A DNA stretch of 24,000 nt, from NCBI RefSeq assembly GCF_039592695.1, contig NZ_JBBUTK010000003.1, forward strand, positions 564,244 through 588,243, written 5' to 3'. Source of the DNA: Allomuricauda sp. d1. Its GTDB lineage: Bacteria > Bacteroidota > Bacteroidia > Flavobacteriales > Flavobacteriaceae. Positions 6,702-17,569 of the stretch are shown in pieces. Under the pieces are notes generated by a model. It worked only from the letters and a program-made list of their open reading frames with translations, was not told the origin of the DNA and searched no databases. Numbering within the stretch: the first letter of the stretch is position 1; every line of letters starts with the position of its first letter. Made by a program: the position numbers and the translations under genes.

Positions 6702-9119
6702 TCATTGATTTTCAAGTCGTTCACGTTCTTTCTTTTCAATGGTCCGCTCGTTGTCTTCGAGTCTGAAATTGCCGAAGTTATAGGTGAACCCAAACCTGAC
6801 GAACTGGGTCTCAGGCTGTGAAAAATAGAAATTGTCTTGGTTCAGGTATTGAGAGGTGTAGGTGCCGTTTGCTTTGCCCAAAAGGTCCTCTGCAGCAATG
6901 GATATTACGGCGCGGTTGTTCCAAAACGATTTTCTGAGGCCAAGCGTCAGATTCGTGGTAGGTGATTGTACGTACGAACCGAAGAGATATTTTGAAAAAT
7001 GGGTGAACGTGACCTCTCCTGTAAAACTTCCATCTTCTGAAAGAGTGAGGTAATTGGCCAAGTATACGTAAAAGCCCTCAATGCTATTAGTCGCGGGGAT
7101 GTCGCCACTCTCCACTGCCAAAAAAGTTTCATCCTCGTGAAAAATAGAAGTATAGGCGTACAAAAACCAAGGATTGGCAATACTCTTGCTCAATGTAAAG
7201 TCAATGCCGTATGATGTGCTTTCCAAAACATTTTGCTTCAACTGTCGCAGCACCAACAAATTGTTGTCTTGAAATACCAAGTCGCTGATGTAGTTGCCAT
7301 TATCGCGATAATACAGATCAAAGAAAAACTCGTTGTTCAGGGTATAGTTGAGGTTGAAGTTATTGGTGAAGTTGGGCTGTAACCTTGGGTTACCGTCCTC
7401 AAAATCATTTTCGTTATAGAAAAATCGAAACGGATTCAAATCATTGTACCTTGGCCGTGCCACGCCCCTATCGTAATCAAATGAAAAGCTATGGCTTTCT
7501 GATGCCGTGAACAGCACATTCAAAGAAGGAAAAACACTCAAAAAATCTTGTGAATTGACCACGTCAAGGGTGCGTGAAATGCCTTCGGCATTGGTTTGTT
7601 CGCCCCTGACCCCGGCTTTGACCGACCATTTTTCCCAACTCTTCAAGATGCTCACATAGGCCGCATAAATCGATTCATTGTACTCAAAATCATCAGACAG
7701 TGAGCTATCGACTACATCGCTGTTGCCCAAAAAATTGGAATACAAAATGCTGTTCTGAGAATCGATAGTCGAAACTTTCAGGCCTGTCTCCAACGATGTT
7801 GTTCCAAATGGAAAGTACAAATCGGCCTGGCCGGTCAAAATTTGAATGTCTTGATTTGCATCGGTCCGAAACCCAAAGCTTCTTGAAAAACCTCCCGTTG
7901 CATCAAAATAATCTGAAAGAATGTTTTGTGTGGATGCTTTGCCATAATCGGTGTAATGCGCATTGAGCGACAATTGGGCGCCTTCTTTTTTGAATTTGTG
8001 CATATAGTTCACATCAAAAGCGAGGTTGGTGCGGTCGCGTCTTCCTGAATTGTCGGTCACAAAGGTGGAATCCAACTGGTTTTGCCCGTCGAGTATTACA
8101 GCGTCCAGATTTCTTCGCCATTCTTGATCTGGATTAAAAGACAGGTTTGATGTCAGATTCAGGCTGTTTCTACCGTCAATATCATAATCAGCTATAACTG
8201 TAGCGGTATGGATCTGCGAATCGGTAATCTGTTCATCATCTGTCGACCATCTTGAAAAAACATCGTTGCTGTCATTGATAAAATTGATGCCCTTGTCGAC
8301 CTGTAGAGACTCTTTTTTTGGATTGAAAGAATAGTTGCCAAAAAGGCTCAGCTTGTCTGTTTTGAAATAATGGCTCGTGCCGATGACATATTTGGGAAAT
8401 ATGGCTTGGGTAAAACTCCCGTTGACACTGCCCTTGTAGCCCGGTATGATGTTCTTGCTGGTAACAATGTTCAATATCGGTCCGCCCTCGGCATCGTAGC
8501 GCGCAGGTGGGTTGGCAACCACTTCAACGGATTTGATGTTCGTTCCCGATAATCCTTCCAGTAAGTCTTTCACTTCCTGACCTGACAATTGCACTTTTCT
8601 GTCGTTTAGATATACCGTGGCCGATTGCCCCTTGATCTGAAGGTCTTCTTGATTGACAATGACCCCAGGTGTGCTTCTCAAAATATCCCAAGAACTGCCT
8701 TGTGAAACGACCGTGTTCTCGACGTTGAAGACCAATCGATCCGAAAGTCGTTCGAGGGTCGGGCGCTTTGCGGTCACCACCACTTCATCCAAAGTCTGGG
8801 CAGCTGCGGGAATGATCAATGCGCCCAGCGATATATCGTTCTTGACGTCCAAAGCCAAGGGTTTTGAAGCACGCCCCACATAACTGGCCTGCAACAGATA
8901 GAGGCTGGGGGCGATGTCTTCAAGATTAAAAATGCCCTGCTCATCAGCTGAAGTACCCTGCACAAATGTGGAATCTGTAGCGTTCAACAACAAGATATTG
9001 GCAAAAGCCACTACCTCGTTACTGTCGTCAATTACTTTGCCCTTTATGGAGAAGGTCTGGGCAGAAATGCTAGAAATGGCAAAAGCCGCTAATACGAAAC
9101 AGCGCAGCAGTGGTTTCAT
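6702..9119 (-). CDS. outer-membrane beta-barrel / TonB-dependent-receptor-like protein with N-terminal carboxypeptidase-regulatory-like domain
   Basis: Signal peptide (MKPLLRCFVLAAFAISSISAQ), a CarbopepD_reg-like segment (IKGKVIDDSNEVVAFANILL), a plug-like region (LDEVVVTAKR...VYLNDRKV) and a long beta-strand-patterned C-terminus ending FGFTYNFG... Confidence 0.75.
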   Translation of the reverse strand: MKPLLRCFVLAAFAISSISAQTFSIKGKVIDDSNEVVAFANILLLNATDSTFVQGTSADEQGIFNLEDIAPSLYLLQASYVGRASKPLALDVKNDISLGALIIPAAAQTLDEVVVTAKRPTLERLSDRLVFNVENTVVSQGSSWDILRSTPGVIVNQEDLQIKGQSATVYLNDRKVQLSGQEVKDLLEGLSGTNIKSVEVVANPPARYDAEGGPILNIVTSKNIIPGYKGSVNGSFTQAIFPKYVIGTSHYFKTDKLSLFGNYSFNPKKESLQVDKGINFINDSNDVFSRWSTDDEQITDSQIHTATVIADYDIDGRNSLNLTSNLSFNPDQEWRRNLDAVILDGQNQLDSTFVTDNSGRRDRTNLAFDVNYMHKFKKEGAQLSLNAHYTDYGKASTQNILSDYFDATGGFSRSFGFRTDANQDIQILTGQADLYFPFGTTSLETGLKVSTIDSQNSILYSNFLGNSDVVDSSLSDDFEYNESIYAAYVSILKSWEKWSVKAGVRGEQTNAEGISRTLDVVNSQDFLSVFPSLNVLFTASESHSFSFDYDRGVARPRYNDLNPFRFFYNENDFEDGNPRLQPNFTNNFNLNYTLNNEFFFDLYYRDNGNYISDLVFQDNNLLVLRQLKQNVLESTSYGIDFTLSKSIANPWFLYAYTSIFHEDETFLAVESGDIPATNSIEGFYVYLANYLTLSEDGSFTGEVTFTHFSKYLFGSYVQSPTTNLTLGLRKSFWNNRAVISIAAEDLLGKANGTYTSQYLNQDNFYFSQPETQFVRFGFTYNFGNFRLEDNERTIEKKERERLENQ

Positions 9120-9208
9120 TCATCGTTTGGGTTGTAGGCAAATCTAACGATTTATTTGCGAGGCTATTGTTAAAGCAATAAAAGACCCCTCTGGGCCTTC
9201 AAAAGAAG

Positions 9209-9216
9209 TATATTTG
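9209..9216 (+). promoter_or_regulatory. candidate -7 box TATATTTG (TAnnTTTG) upstream of lepA
   Basis: Exact consensus match 8 nt upstream of the lepA ATG, which would imply a very short leader. Motif match only. Confidence 0.3.
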
Positions 9217-9224
9217 CAGTTCTT

Positions 9225-11021
9225 ATGAAAAAGATTCGAAATTTCTGCATTATTGCCCATATCGACCATGGTAAAAGCACGTTGGCCGACCGATTATTGG
9301 ATTATACAGGTTCTGTGACCGAACGCGAAAAAAAAGAGCAATTGCTCGACAGTATGGACTTGGAGCGTGAACGCGGCATCACCATCAAGAGCCATGCGAT
9401 TCAGATGGAATACCAATACGATGGCGACACCTATATCTTGAATCTTATCGATACTCCCGGGCACGTTGATTTTTCGTATGAGGTATCCCGTTCGATTGCG
9501 GCCTGCGAAGGGGCACTATTGGTGGTCGATGCAGCCCAGAGTATTCAGGCACAGACCATTTCAAACCTGTATTTGGCTTTGGAAAATGATCTCGAAATCA
9601 TTCCTGTGCTGAATAAGGTGGATCTGCCCAGTGCGAATCCTGAAGAGGTGACCGATGATATTGTTGATTTATTGGGATGCAAGCCCGAAGAGGTCATTCC
9701 TGCAAGCGCAAAAACCGGTATCGGTATAGATGACATTTTGAAAGCAATCATTGAACGAATTCCGGCACCAGAAGGAAATGAAGAGGGGCCACTACAAGCC
9801 TTGGTCTTTGATTCAGTCTACAATCCCTTTCGGGGTGTCGAAACTTATTTCAGGGTGCTTAACGGATCTATCAAAAAAGGCCAGAAAATCAAGTTTATGG
9901 CCACGGGCAAAAGCTATTTTGCCGATGAGATCGGCACCTTGAAGTTGACACAACATCCCAAACAAGAAATAAAGACCGGTGATGTAGGCTATTTGATCAC
10001 AGGCATCAAAGATGCGAGGGAGGTTAAGGTTGGGGATACCATCACTTTGTCAGAAAACCCGGCTACAGCGGCCATTTCTGGGTTTGAAGATGTAAAGCCG
10101 ATGGTTTTTGCGGGAATTTATCCTGTTGATACCGAGGATTATGAAGAGCTGCGCTCTTCGATGGAAAAACTGCAACTGAACGATGCTTCTTTAGTGTTCA
10201 CTCCCGAAAGCAGTGCGGCTCTTGGGTTCGGGTTCCGCTGTGGGTTTTTGGGGATGCTGCACATGGAAATCATTCAAGAGCGTTTGGAGCGCGAGTTTGA
10301 TATGACCGTCATCACCACTGTGCCCAACGTGAGCTATCATGCTTTCACTACCAAAGACCCAGAAGAAGTGGTCACTGTAAACAACCCTTCCGATCTGCCC
10401 GACCCATCAACACTTGACCGCGTTGAAGAACCCTACATCAAGGCCACTATCATTACCAAGTCTGATTTTGTCGGCAATGTAATGTCGCTCTGTATTGACA
10501 AACGTGGCCAGATTACCAATCAGACCTATCTGACCACTGAGCGCGTTGAGCTTACTTTTGATATGCCCCTCGCCGAAATCGTTTTTGATTTTTACGACCG
10601 CCTAAAAACAGTTTCGAAAGGCTATGCGTCTTTTGACTATTCCCCCATTGGGATGCGTACCTCAAAATTGGTTCGGGTAGACATCCTTCTGAATGCGCAA
10701 CCCGTAGATGCCCTTTCTGCTCTGGTACATTTTGACAATGCCCATACGATAGGCAAGAGAATGTGCGAAAAACTAAAAGAACTCATTCCCAGACAGCAAT
10801 TTGACATCCCTATTCAGGCAGCCATTGGCTCAAAAATAATCTCTCGTGAGACCATCAAGGCCTTGCGAAAAGACGTAACGGCAAAATGTTATGGGGGCGA
10901 TATTTCACGAAAGAGAAAACTGCTCGAAAAACAGAAAAAGGGTAAAAAGCGTATGCGTCAGGTCGGTAATGTTGAGATTCCACAACAGGCCTTTATGGCG
11001 GTGCTCAAGTTGAACGATTAA
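9225..11021 (+). CDS. lepA: translation elongation factor 4 (LepA)
   Basis: [34 protein letters not shown] and a C-terminal LepA-specific domain ending [10 protein letters not shown]. The identification is unambiguous. Confidence 0.97.
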   Translation: MKKIRNFCIIAHIDHGKSTLADRLLDYTGSVTEREKKEQLLDSMDLERERGITIKSHAIQMEYQYDGDTYILNLIDTPGHVDFSYEVSRSIAACEGALLVVDAAQSIQAQTISNLYLALENDLEIIPVLNKVDLPSANPEEVTDDIVDLLGCKPEEVIPASAKTGIGIDDILKAIIERIPAPEGNEEGPLQALVFDSVYNPFRGVETYFRVLNGSIKKGQKIKFMATGKSYFADEIGTLKLTQHPKQEIKTGDVGYLITGIKDAREVKVGDTITLSENPATAAISGFEDVKPMVFAGIYPVDTEDYEELRSSMEKLQLNDASLVFTPESSAALGFGFRCGFLGMLHMEIIQERLEREFDMTVITTVPNVSYHAFTTKDPEEVVTVNNPSDLPDPSTLDRVEEPYIKATIITKSDFVGNVMSLCIDKRGQITNQTYLTTERVELTFDMPLAEIVFDFYDRLKTVSKGYASFDYSPIGMRTSKLVRVDILLNAQPVDALSALVHFDNAHTIGKRMCEKLKELIPRQQFDIPIQAAIGSKIISRETIKALRKDVTAKCYGGDISRKRKLLEKQKKGKKRMRQVGNVEIPQQAFMAVLKLND

Positions 11022-12874
11022 TCTGCGACTTCTTCTTTGCTGGCCAATATGTCAACATTAAACATTTTACCGAGATAGACCAATTTATACCCTTCATCAA
11101 TATCGGTAAATTCTTTGCTGAAAGATGAAATGATTTTTAAATCTCCCTGCTTGTCTTTTAAAAAAATGGGGATTATATGTTCGTCTGCTTTGGTAATCTC
11201 GATAAGGCCATCATATTGTTCTTTGTCCTTAAGTTCAATTTCATTGATGGCTGGATATTTTCTAACGGCTTCCGTCAGTTTGATAAAATCATCGGTATGG
11301 GAAAAGAGCCCCTCTTCCGGATTGTTTTCGGGGTTGTTCATTTCGTCTGTGTTGACCAGCCTAAAGGCCCCATTTTCACCAAATTGCTTTTTGAACTTTT
11401 CAATGGCAAACTTGTTGATATCCGAATTGCCCGTCAGGGCCATCAAGTAGCCCATATCGTTCAATTCAATATTATCGGTCAACGTGTCTGAATAGATGTC
11501 GGCTGCAATGGCCTCGACTCCCAATTTTTTTGCTTTTTCAACATTGGTCTGGTTATTGTCGATAAGTACCACATGGCGCTTGTTTTTCTTCAGATAACCT
11601 GCAATCAGCCTTGAGACTTTTGAGGCGCCTATTATCAAAATGCCCTCTGACTTTGTTAAAAACACTCCCACTAACCGGGCAAAAAGCCTAGCAGTAGTAG
11701 CGTTGAGAAGCACGGTGCCCAATACGACCATAAACACCAGTGGGGTAATGTATTCTGCCCCGGGCTCGCCTTTTGCAAGCAGTTTAGAACCGAAAAGCGA
11801 TGCAATACCGGCAGCCACGATACCCCTTGGCCCCACCCAGCCGATAAACATTTTTTCGTTAAGCTTCAGATTCGAACCTTGTGTGCTCAAAAACACCCCA
11901 AGAGGCCGAATCAGAAATACAATGACAAGAAAAAGGGCAGCGGTCTTCCAGTTGTAGATGAGCTGCATGTCTGAAATATCAATGTTCGCGGCAAGAAGTA
12001 TAAAAAGAATGGATATCAATAGAACGCTCAACGATTCTTTAAAATAGAGCAGTTCTTTAAGGTTTGGCAGGTCTATGTTCCCCATGACCATTCCCATGAC
12101 CACTACCGCAAGTAGGCCCGATTCATGCGCAAAGAGATCTGATTCAACGAAAACCAACAAGACCACCGATAATGAAACCACATTCATTAGATAATGGGGT
12201 ATCCAGTTTTTCTTGATGACAAAGGCGAGGCCGTGGGCAAAGGTGAAGCCGAAAGTGAAGCCGAAAAGCAATATTTTTCCGAACTCTATCAAAGCCGTTT
12301 TTGTAAAGGCACTGCCTTCGCCAACACTGATAAATTCAAACACCAAAACTGCTACTAACGCCCCGATGGGGTCAATCAAGATGCCTTCCCATTTTAGCAC
12401 TGCCGAAACATCTTTTTTGAGTGGTATGTTACGAAGAATGGGTGTAATTACTGTGGGCCCTGTAACGATAATTAAGGCAGAGAACAAAAACGATATCTGC
12501 CACGACAAGTCAAAAATGTAATGTGCTGCGATACCTGCCCCAAAAAAAGTAACCAATGTGCCAATGGTAATCAACTTTGTGATTACGGGGCCAACATTGG
12601 CAATTTCAGAACGTTTTAAGGTCAACCCGCCTTCAAAAAGTATGATACTGATTGCAAGTGACACAAAATAATAGAGGCCATCACCAGGAAAAAGACCTTT
12701 TTTACCATTCCAAATGGGCTCAATGAGCTTGCTGCCATCTGCGGTATAAAGCGTTGCGATTGGCCCGACCAAGAGCCCGATCAAAATCAGGGGTAAGATT
12801 GCGGGCAACTTCAATCGCCAAGCGACCCATTGTGCGATGATTCCAAGTATAATGATTCCCGCTAATTCGAGCAT
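11018..12874 (-). CDS. cation:proton antiporter (Na+/H+ exchanger family) with C-terminal TrkA-N/RCK-like domain
   Basis: About 12 TM helices, followed by a Rossmann-like segment [31 protein letters not shown] place the start at ATG 12874 ([11 protein letters not shown]). The 27 upstream codons of the ORF track (to 12955) look non-coding. Confidence 0.8.
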   Translation of the reverse strand: MLELAGIIILGIIAQWVAWRLKLPAILPLILIGLLVGPIATLYTADGSKLIEPIWNGKKGLFPGDGLYYFVSLAISIILFEGGLTLKRSEIANVGPVITKLITIGTLVTFFGAGIAAHYIFDLSWQISFLFSALIIVTGPTVITPILRNIPLKKDVSAVLKWEGILIDPIGALVAVLVFEFISVGEGSAFTKTALIEFGKILLFGFTFGFTFAHGLAFVIKKNWIPHYLMNVVSLSVVLLVFVESDLFAHESGLLAVVVMGMVMGNIDLPNLKELLYFKESLSVLLISILFILLAANIDISDMQLIYNWKTAALFLVIVFLIRPLGVFLSTQGSNLKLNEKMFIGWVGPRGIVAAGIASLFGSKLLAKGEPGAEYITPLVFMVVLGTVLLNATTARLFARLVGVFLTKSEGILIIGASKVSRLIAGYLKKNKRHVVLIDNNQTNVEKAKKLGVEAIAADIYSDTLTDNIELNDMGYLMALTGNSDINKFAIEKFKKQFGENGAFRLVNTDEMNNPENNPEEGLFSHTDDFIKLTEAVRKYPAINEIELKDKEQYDGLIEITKADEHIIPIFLKDKQGDLKIISSFSKEFTDIDEGYKLVYLGKMFNVDILASKEEVAD

Positions 12875-13027
12875 GGTGGTATTTTTTCGAAATTTACAGT
12901 TTTCTTTAAAATATCCTTGCCCATATCCGGGCTTTCTGAATTTGTTAAAATACAAATAATAAAACGGTGTATTATAACCATTTGCGGTACAGTTTTCTTA
13001 TTTTGCGCATCCTTTTGCCCATTTTGA

Positions 13028-13900
13028 ATGCAGCTATACCCCATTGAGACCGGTAATTTCAAGTTAGATGGCGGGGCCATGTTCGGTGTCGTGCCAAAAT
13101 CGTTGTGGAACAGGACCAATCCTTCAGATGCCAACAACATGATTGAACTGGCCATGCGCTGCCTTCTGATCGAAGATGGCGATCGACTTATCTTAATCGA
13201 CAACGGGCTTGGCAACAAGCAATCAGAGAAATTTTTCGGTTATTACCATTTATGGGGAGACCATTCTTTGGATAAATCCCTAAAAAAACATGGTTTTCAC
13301 CGCGATGACATCACCGATGTATTCATGACCCACTTACACTTTGACCATTGCGGGGGCAGTATTCAATGGAACAAAGACCGAACAGGCTACGAACCTGCTT
13401 TTAAAAATGCCCGGTTTTGGACAAACGAAGACCATTGGCAATGGGCGTTGGAACCCAATCAAAGGGAAAAGGCCTCCTTTCTGAAAGAGAACCTGCTTCC
13501 GATGCAAGAAAGTGGTCAATTAAACTTCATAAAAAAGGCACAGGCCCCGTATTTGAATTGCTCTGATCTCGATTTTGGCATTTTATTTGTAAACGGCCAT
13601 ACCGAAAAACAGATGTTGCCACATATCAAATACAAAGGAAAAACCGTGGTCTTTGTGGCAGATTTGATTCCAACAGTGGGGCATATTCCTTTGCCTTATG
13701 TCATGGGCTACGATATGCGGCCTTTGGTCACATTGGATGAAAAAGGCACATTTTTGAACGAAGCCGCAGAAAAAGGGTATGTGCTATTTTTTGAACATGA
13801 TGCACACAACGAAATGTGCACCTTAAAAAGAACGGAAAAAGGGGTGCGGTTGGATCAGACTTTCAAATTTGAAGAAGTGTTTGCTGCTTCCTCCTTATAA
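13028..13900 (+). CDS. MBL-fold metallo-hydrolase
   Basis: The HxHxDH motif is present as THLHFDHCGG, with downstream His and Asp ligands (NGHTEKQ, FVADL, FEHD). 290 aa. Confidence 0.75.
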   Translation: MQLYPIETGNFKLDGGAMFGVVPKSLWNRTNPSDANNMIELAMRCLLIEDGDRLILIDNGLGNKQSEKFFGYYHLWGDHSLDKSLKKHGFHRDDITDVFMTHLHFDHCGGSIQWNKDRTGYEPAFKNARFWTNEDHWQWALEPNQREKASFLKENLLPMQESGQLNFIKKAQAPYLNCSDLDFGILFVNGHTEKQMLPHIKYKGKTVVFVADLIPTVGHIPLPYVMGYDMRPLVTLDEKGTFLNEAAEKGYVLFFEHDAHNEMCTLKRTEKGVRLDQTFKFEEVFAASSL

Positions 13901-13914
13901 ATTAAACATGCAAG

Positions 13915-15558
13915 ATGATAAGACAATTTAAACCTTCTATTTCAATTTTAGCAGCAATACTGCTTTCGGGGTGTGGCGCAACTGCCTTGGTTTCCACTCC
14001 CGTTGAAAATATAGATGCCGTACCGCTTAAAGTATCTGATTTGACAGAGGCCCAGGAAAAGACCTGGGGGCATGCCGATTTGGTGCAAGACACCATTCCT
14101 GGTATGAGTGTTGATCGGGCCTATGCCGAAATCATAAAAAACAAAAAGGGCAAAACGGTGATTGTGGCCGTGTTGGATTCTGGTATCGACCTTGACCACG
14201 AAGACCTTGATGATGTGCTGTGGACGAACAAAGACGAAAAGCCGGGCAATGGCAAAGATGATGATGGCAATGGCTATGTAGACGACATTCACGGGTACAA
14301 TTTTTTGGGTGAGGCCTATAACGAGCAATTGGAGTACACCCGAATGCTCCGGTTGGGGGTTGGTACCGCTGCAGAGAGGGCAAAAGCACAATTGAAACTG
14401 GACAAGGAATACCCAGAAGCTTTGCAAAACAAACAGCAGTATGAGCAAATATTACAAGTCGTAAAAAATGCAGATGCCGCTGTCAAGGAAGCATTGGGAA
14501 AGGATTCGTACACCAAAAAAGATGTCATGGGCATCGAGGCCAACACCACTGAAATGCAGCAACATGTTGCTGTATTGACCCAAATGTACGGTTACGAAGA
14601 CAGTATTGACAAAGTGCTCGAGCAGCTTGAAGAAGGGGTTGCCTATTTCACCGAGCAGGTGAACTACAATCTGAACAAAGATTTTAATGGGCGTGAAGTT
14701 GTGGGTGATAATCCTTATGATTATAACGACCGTGATTATGGAAACGGCAACCCCGACAGCAGGCTCGAAGACGAAAGCCATGGCACCCATGTTGCCGGCA
14801 TCATCGCGGCAGAAAGAAACAACGGCCTTGGTGCGAACGGGGTAGCCAAGAACGTTGAAATTATGAGCATTCGTGCCGTGCCCAATGGTGATGAGTATGA
14901 TAAAGACATTGCGCTGGGCATTCGCTATGCCGTCGACAATGGCGCAAAGATTATCAACTGCAGTTTCGGAAAATCATTTTCGCCAAATGCTGAATGGGTT
15001 TATGAGGCCATAAAATATGCAGCTGTCAACGATGTGCTTATCGTTCATGCGGCGGGCAATGATGGCAATGACATCGATGATCAATCCAATCCAAACTATC
15101 CGAACGATCATCGCTTTGGCAGTAATGAAATTGCTGATAACCTGATCACGGTAGGGGCTTTGACCAGTAACTATGGCTCAGAGATGGTCGCAACGTTCTC
15201 CAACTATGGAAAAAACAATGTGGATGTCTTTGCGCCAGGTGACGATATCTACTCAACAATGCCAAACAATGCGTACGATTTTAACGGTGGCACCTCTATG
15301 GCGGCACCAGCTGTTGCGGGTATTGCCGCGTTGATCCGTTCGTATTATCCCAATCTGACCGCTCCAGAGGTCAAGCATATTTTAATGCAATCCGGATTAA
15401 AATCTAAAGCCTCAGTGGTTGTTTCTGGCGACCCGAACAAATCAAAGTCCTTTTCAGAAATTTCAAAATCGGGCAAAATGGTCAATGCCTACAATGCGCT
15501 CTTAATGGCCGATAGCGTCTCAAAAGGAAGTAAAACCCTTGATTACAATGCTGAATGA
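13915..15558 (+). CDS. S8-family (subtilisin-like) serine peptidase, probable lipoprotein
   Basis: Lipobox LLSGCGA. The catalytic triad motifs are VAVLDSGID (Asp), HGTHVAGIIAA (His) and GGTSMAAPAVAGIAAL (Ser). Confidence 0.88.
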   Translation: MIRQFKPSISILAAILLSGCGATALVSTPVENIDAVPLKVSDLTEAQEKTWGHADLVQDTIPGMSVDRAYAEIIKNKKGKTVIVAVLDSGIDLDHEDLDDVLWTNKDEKPGNGKDDDGNGYVDDIHGYNFLGEAYNEQLEYTRMLRLGVGTAAERAKAQLKLDKEYPEALQNKQQYEQILQVVKNADAAVKEALGKDSYTKKDVMGIEANTTEMQQHVAVLTQMYGYEDSIDKVLEQLEEGVAYFTEQVNYNLNKDFNGREVVGDNPYDYNDRDYGNGNPDSRLEDESHGTHVAGIIAAERNNGLGANGVAKNVEIMSIRAVPNGDEYDKDIALGIRYAVDNGAKIINCSFGKSFSPNAEWVYEAIKYAAVNDVLIVHAAGNDGNDIDDQSNPNYPNDHRFGSNEIADNLITVGALTSNYGSEMVATFSNYGKNNVDVFAPGDDIYSTMPNNAYDFNGGTSMAAPAVAGIAALIRSYYPNLTAPEVKHILMQSGLKSKASVVVSGDPNKSKSFSEISKSGKMVNAYNALLMADSVSKGSKTLDYNAE

Positions 15559-15559
15559 T

Positions 15560-17413
15560 ATGAAGTTAGCCAAACAACTGATCGCTTCCGTTCTTTTACT
15601 TTCCATGCCTTCCGTAACTGCCCAAAAAGGGCCTTGTTATTGGCAACAGCATGTGGATTACCAAATGGATGTCACTATGGATGTGGAGACCTTTCAATAT
15701 GACGGCACCCAAAAGTTGGTGTACACCAACAACTCGCCTGATACGTTGAACCGTGTGTTTTACCACCTTTATTTCAATGCCTTTCAACCCGGAAGTGAAA
15801 TGGACATGCGATTGCAGACCATCAAAGATGGTGACGGACGAATGCTCGAGGACGGTAAAAGCCGTATCGCTACTTTGGCAACTGAAGAGCAAGGTTATCT
15901 GCACGTGCAAGCATTGACCCAAGACGGGCAAAAGGTCTCGTTCAGCGAAGAAGGTACCATTTTGGTGGTCGACTTGGCGACCCCGATTGCGCCCGGGGCG
16001 AAGACCAAATTCGATATGGAGTTCAAGGGCCAAGTGCCCTTGCAAATTCGCCGTTCGGGCAGAAACAGCAAAGAAGGGGTGGCACTCTCAATGAGCCAGT
16101 GGTATCCTAAAATGGTGGAATACGATTTTGAGGGTTGGCACCCGAATCCGTACATCGCTCGTGAGTTCCATGGGGTTTGGGGTGACTTTGATGTCAAGAT
16201 CACCATTGACAAAGACTATACGATAGGTGGTACGGGGTATTTGCAAAATCCGCAAGAAATAGGCCATGGCTACGAAGCCGAAGGCAGAAAGGTCAAGACC
16301 AAGGGAAAAACCCTGACGTGGCATTTTAAAGCGCCCATGGTTCACGATTTTATGTGGGGGGCCGATCCAGAGTATGTTCACGATGTGGTTGAGATGGAAA
16401 ACGGACCTACATTACATTTTTTCTATAAAGACAAACCTGAATTGCTTGAAAACTGGAAAAACCTACAGCCCAAGACTGTTGATGCCATGAATTTTTTCAA
16501 TAAAAATATTGGCGAATATCCTTACGAACAATATTCTGTGGTTCAGGGCGGTGATGGCGGAATGGAATATGCCATGAGCACCCTAATCACTGGTGAACGC
16601 TCTTTTGGCAGTCTGGTCGGGGTCATGGTGCATGAGCTGGCGCATTCTTGGTTTCAACATGTGCTTGCCACCAATGAATCAAAACATTCATGGATGGATG
16701 AAGGGTTTACTTCGTTCATCAGCAGCCTTTGCATGAACGAAATCATGGAGCAGAACAAAGACTTTCCGTTTGAGGGATCCTACAAGGGTTATTACGCCCT
16801 CGTGAATTCAGGTAAAGAACAGCCACAGACCGCCCATGCCGATCGATATGACCTGAATTTTGCCTATGGCATTGCGGCATACAGCAAAGGGGCCATCTTT
16901 TTGTCGCAATTGGGCTACGTGATCGGGCAAGACAAGTTGTTGCAGACCATCAGAAAATATTATGAGGATTACAAGTTCACGCATCCCGTTCCGAACGACA
17001 TTAAAAGAACGGCAGAAAAAGTGTCCGGCATGCAATTGGACTGGTACCTGACGGATTGGACACAGACCACCAACACCATCGATTACGGAATCAAAGAGGT
17101 GGTTTCCAACGGAGACACATCAACATTGGTCATGGAGCGCATTGGCTTGATGCCCATGCCATTGGATATTCTTGTGGTCGATACCGATGGCAACCAGCAA
17201 ACCTACTATGTTCCTCTAAGGATGATGCGCGGAGAGAAAGAGAATCCATATCCAAACATACAACGAACCGTTGCCGAAGATTGGGCGTGGGCATCCCCTA
17301 CTTATGAACTGATCCTTGATATGCCAAAGGGCAACATTGCCGGTATCTCCATCGATCCATCGATGTTGATGGCCGATGTGAATCGTGAGAACAATACGTA
17401 TAGCGGGGAGTAA
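15560..17413 (+). CDS. M1-family zinc metallopeptidase (gluzincin)
   Basis: HELAHSWF followed by WMDEGF (HExxH-x18-E). Signal peptide MKLAKQLIASVLLLSMPSVTAQ. The ATG at 15560 lies 1 nt after the S8 stop. Confidence 0.82.
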   Translation: MKLAKQLIASVLLLSMPSVTAQKGPCYWQQHVDYQMDVTMDVETFQYDGTQKLVYTNNSPDTLNRVFYHLYFNAFQPGSEMDMRLQTIKDGDGRMLEDGKSRIATLATEEQGYLHVQALTQDGQKVSFSEEGTILVVDLATPIAPGAKTKFDMEFKGQVPLQIRRSGRNSKEGVALSMSQWYPKMVEYDFEGWHPNPYIAREFHGVWGDFDVKITIDKDYTIGGTGYLQNPQEIGHGYEAEGRKVKTKGKTLTWHFKAPMVHDFMWGADPEYVHDVVEMENGPTLHFFYKDKPELLENWKNLQPKTVDAMNFFNKNIGEYPYEQYSVVQGGDGGMEYAMSTLITGERSFGSLVGVMVHELAHSWFQHVLATNESKHSWMDEGFTSFISSLCMNEIMEQNKDFPFEGSYKGYYALVNSGKEQPQTAHADRYDLNFAYGIAAYSKGAIFLSQLGYVIGQDKLLQTIRKYYEDYKFTHPVPNDIKRTAEKVSGMQLDWYLTDWTQTTNTIDYGIKEVVSNGDTSTLVMERIGLMPMPLDILVVDTDGNQQTYYVPLRMMRGEKENPYPNIQRTVAEDWAWASPTYELILDMPKGNIAGISIDPSMLMADVNRENNTYSGE

Positions 17414-17433
17414 CTCCATTAAAATCAAAGAAA

Positions 17434-17464
17434 AATCCGCTTGGAGCCTTTAACTGAGCGGATT
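17434..17464 (+). terminator. stem-loop downstream of the M1 peptidase gene
   Basis: AATCCGCT (17434-17441) pairs with AGCGGATT (17457-17464) around a 15-nt loop, 20 nt after the stop. The trailing U-tract is weak (ATTCAAAT). Confidence 0.35.
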
Positions 17465-17478
17465 ATTCAAATGTAATT

Positions 17479-17515
17479 GTCCCCTTGAGGGGACAGCGAA
17501 TCCGCCAAAAGCGGA
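17479..17515. repeat. G/C palindromes on the left flank of the DUF559 gene: GTCCCCTTGAGGGGAC and TCCGCCAAAAGCGGA
   Basis: Hairpins at 17479-17494 and 17501-17515. The core CCCCTTGAGGGG is the reverse complement of the CCCCTCAAGGGG core at 18003-18014. Confidence 0.6.
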
Positions 17516-17569
17516 AAGCAGGGGTGTAGATAATTCCTTGTAACTTTCCCAAAAATTGTCTTCTCAAAG

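Noticed and set aside
5898-6821. 307-codon plus-strand ORF
   Set aside because: It lies entirely antisense to dusB, whose Dus motifs are unmistakable, and to the start of the receptor gene. The translation is low-complexity and rich in His, Phe and Gly with no recognisable domain. It is a typical shadow ORF.
12875-12955. 27-codon N-terminal extension of the antiporter ORF (MYFNKFRKPGYGQGYFKENCKFRKNTT)
   Set aside because: The first TM helix begins right after the internal ATG at 12874 ([11 protein letters not shown]). The extension is AT-rich and not protein-like.
13948-14448. 166-codon minus-strand ORF, plus similar ones at 14132-14389, 14316-14549, 14452-14790, 15596-16045, 15895-16212 and 16088-16381
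   Set aside because: All are antisense to the S8 and M1 peptidase genes, which have intact catalytic motifs. Their translations look like frame-shadow sequence.
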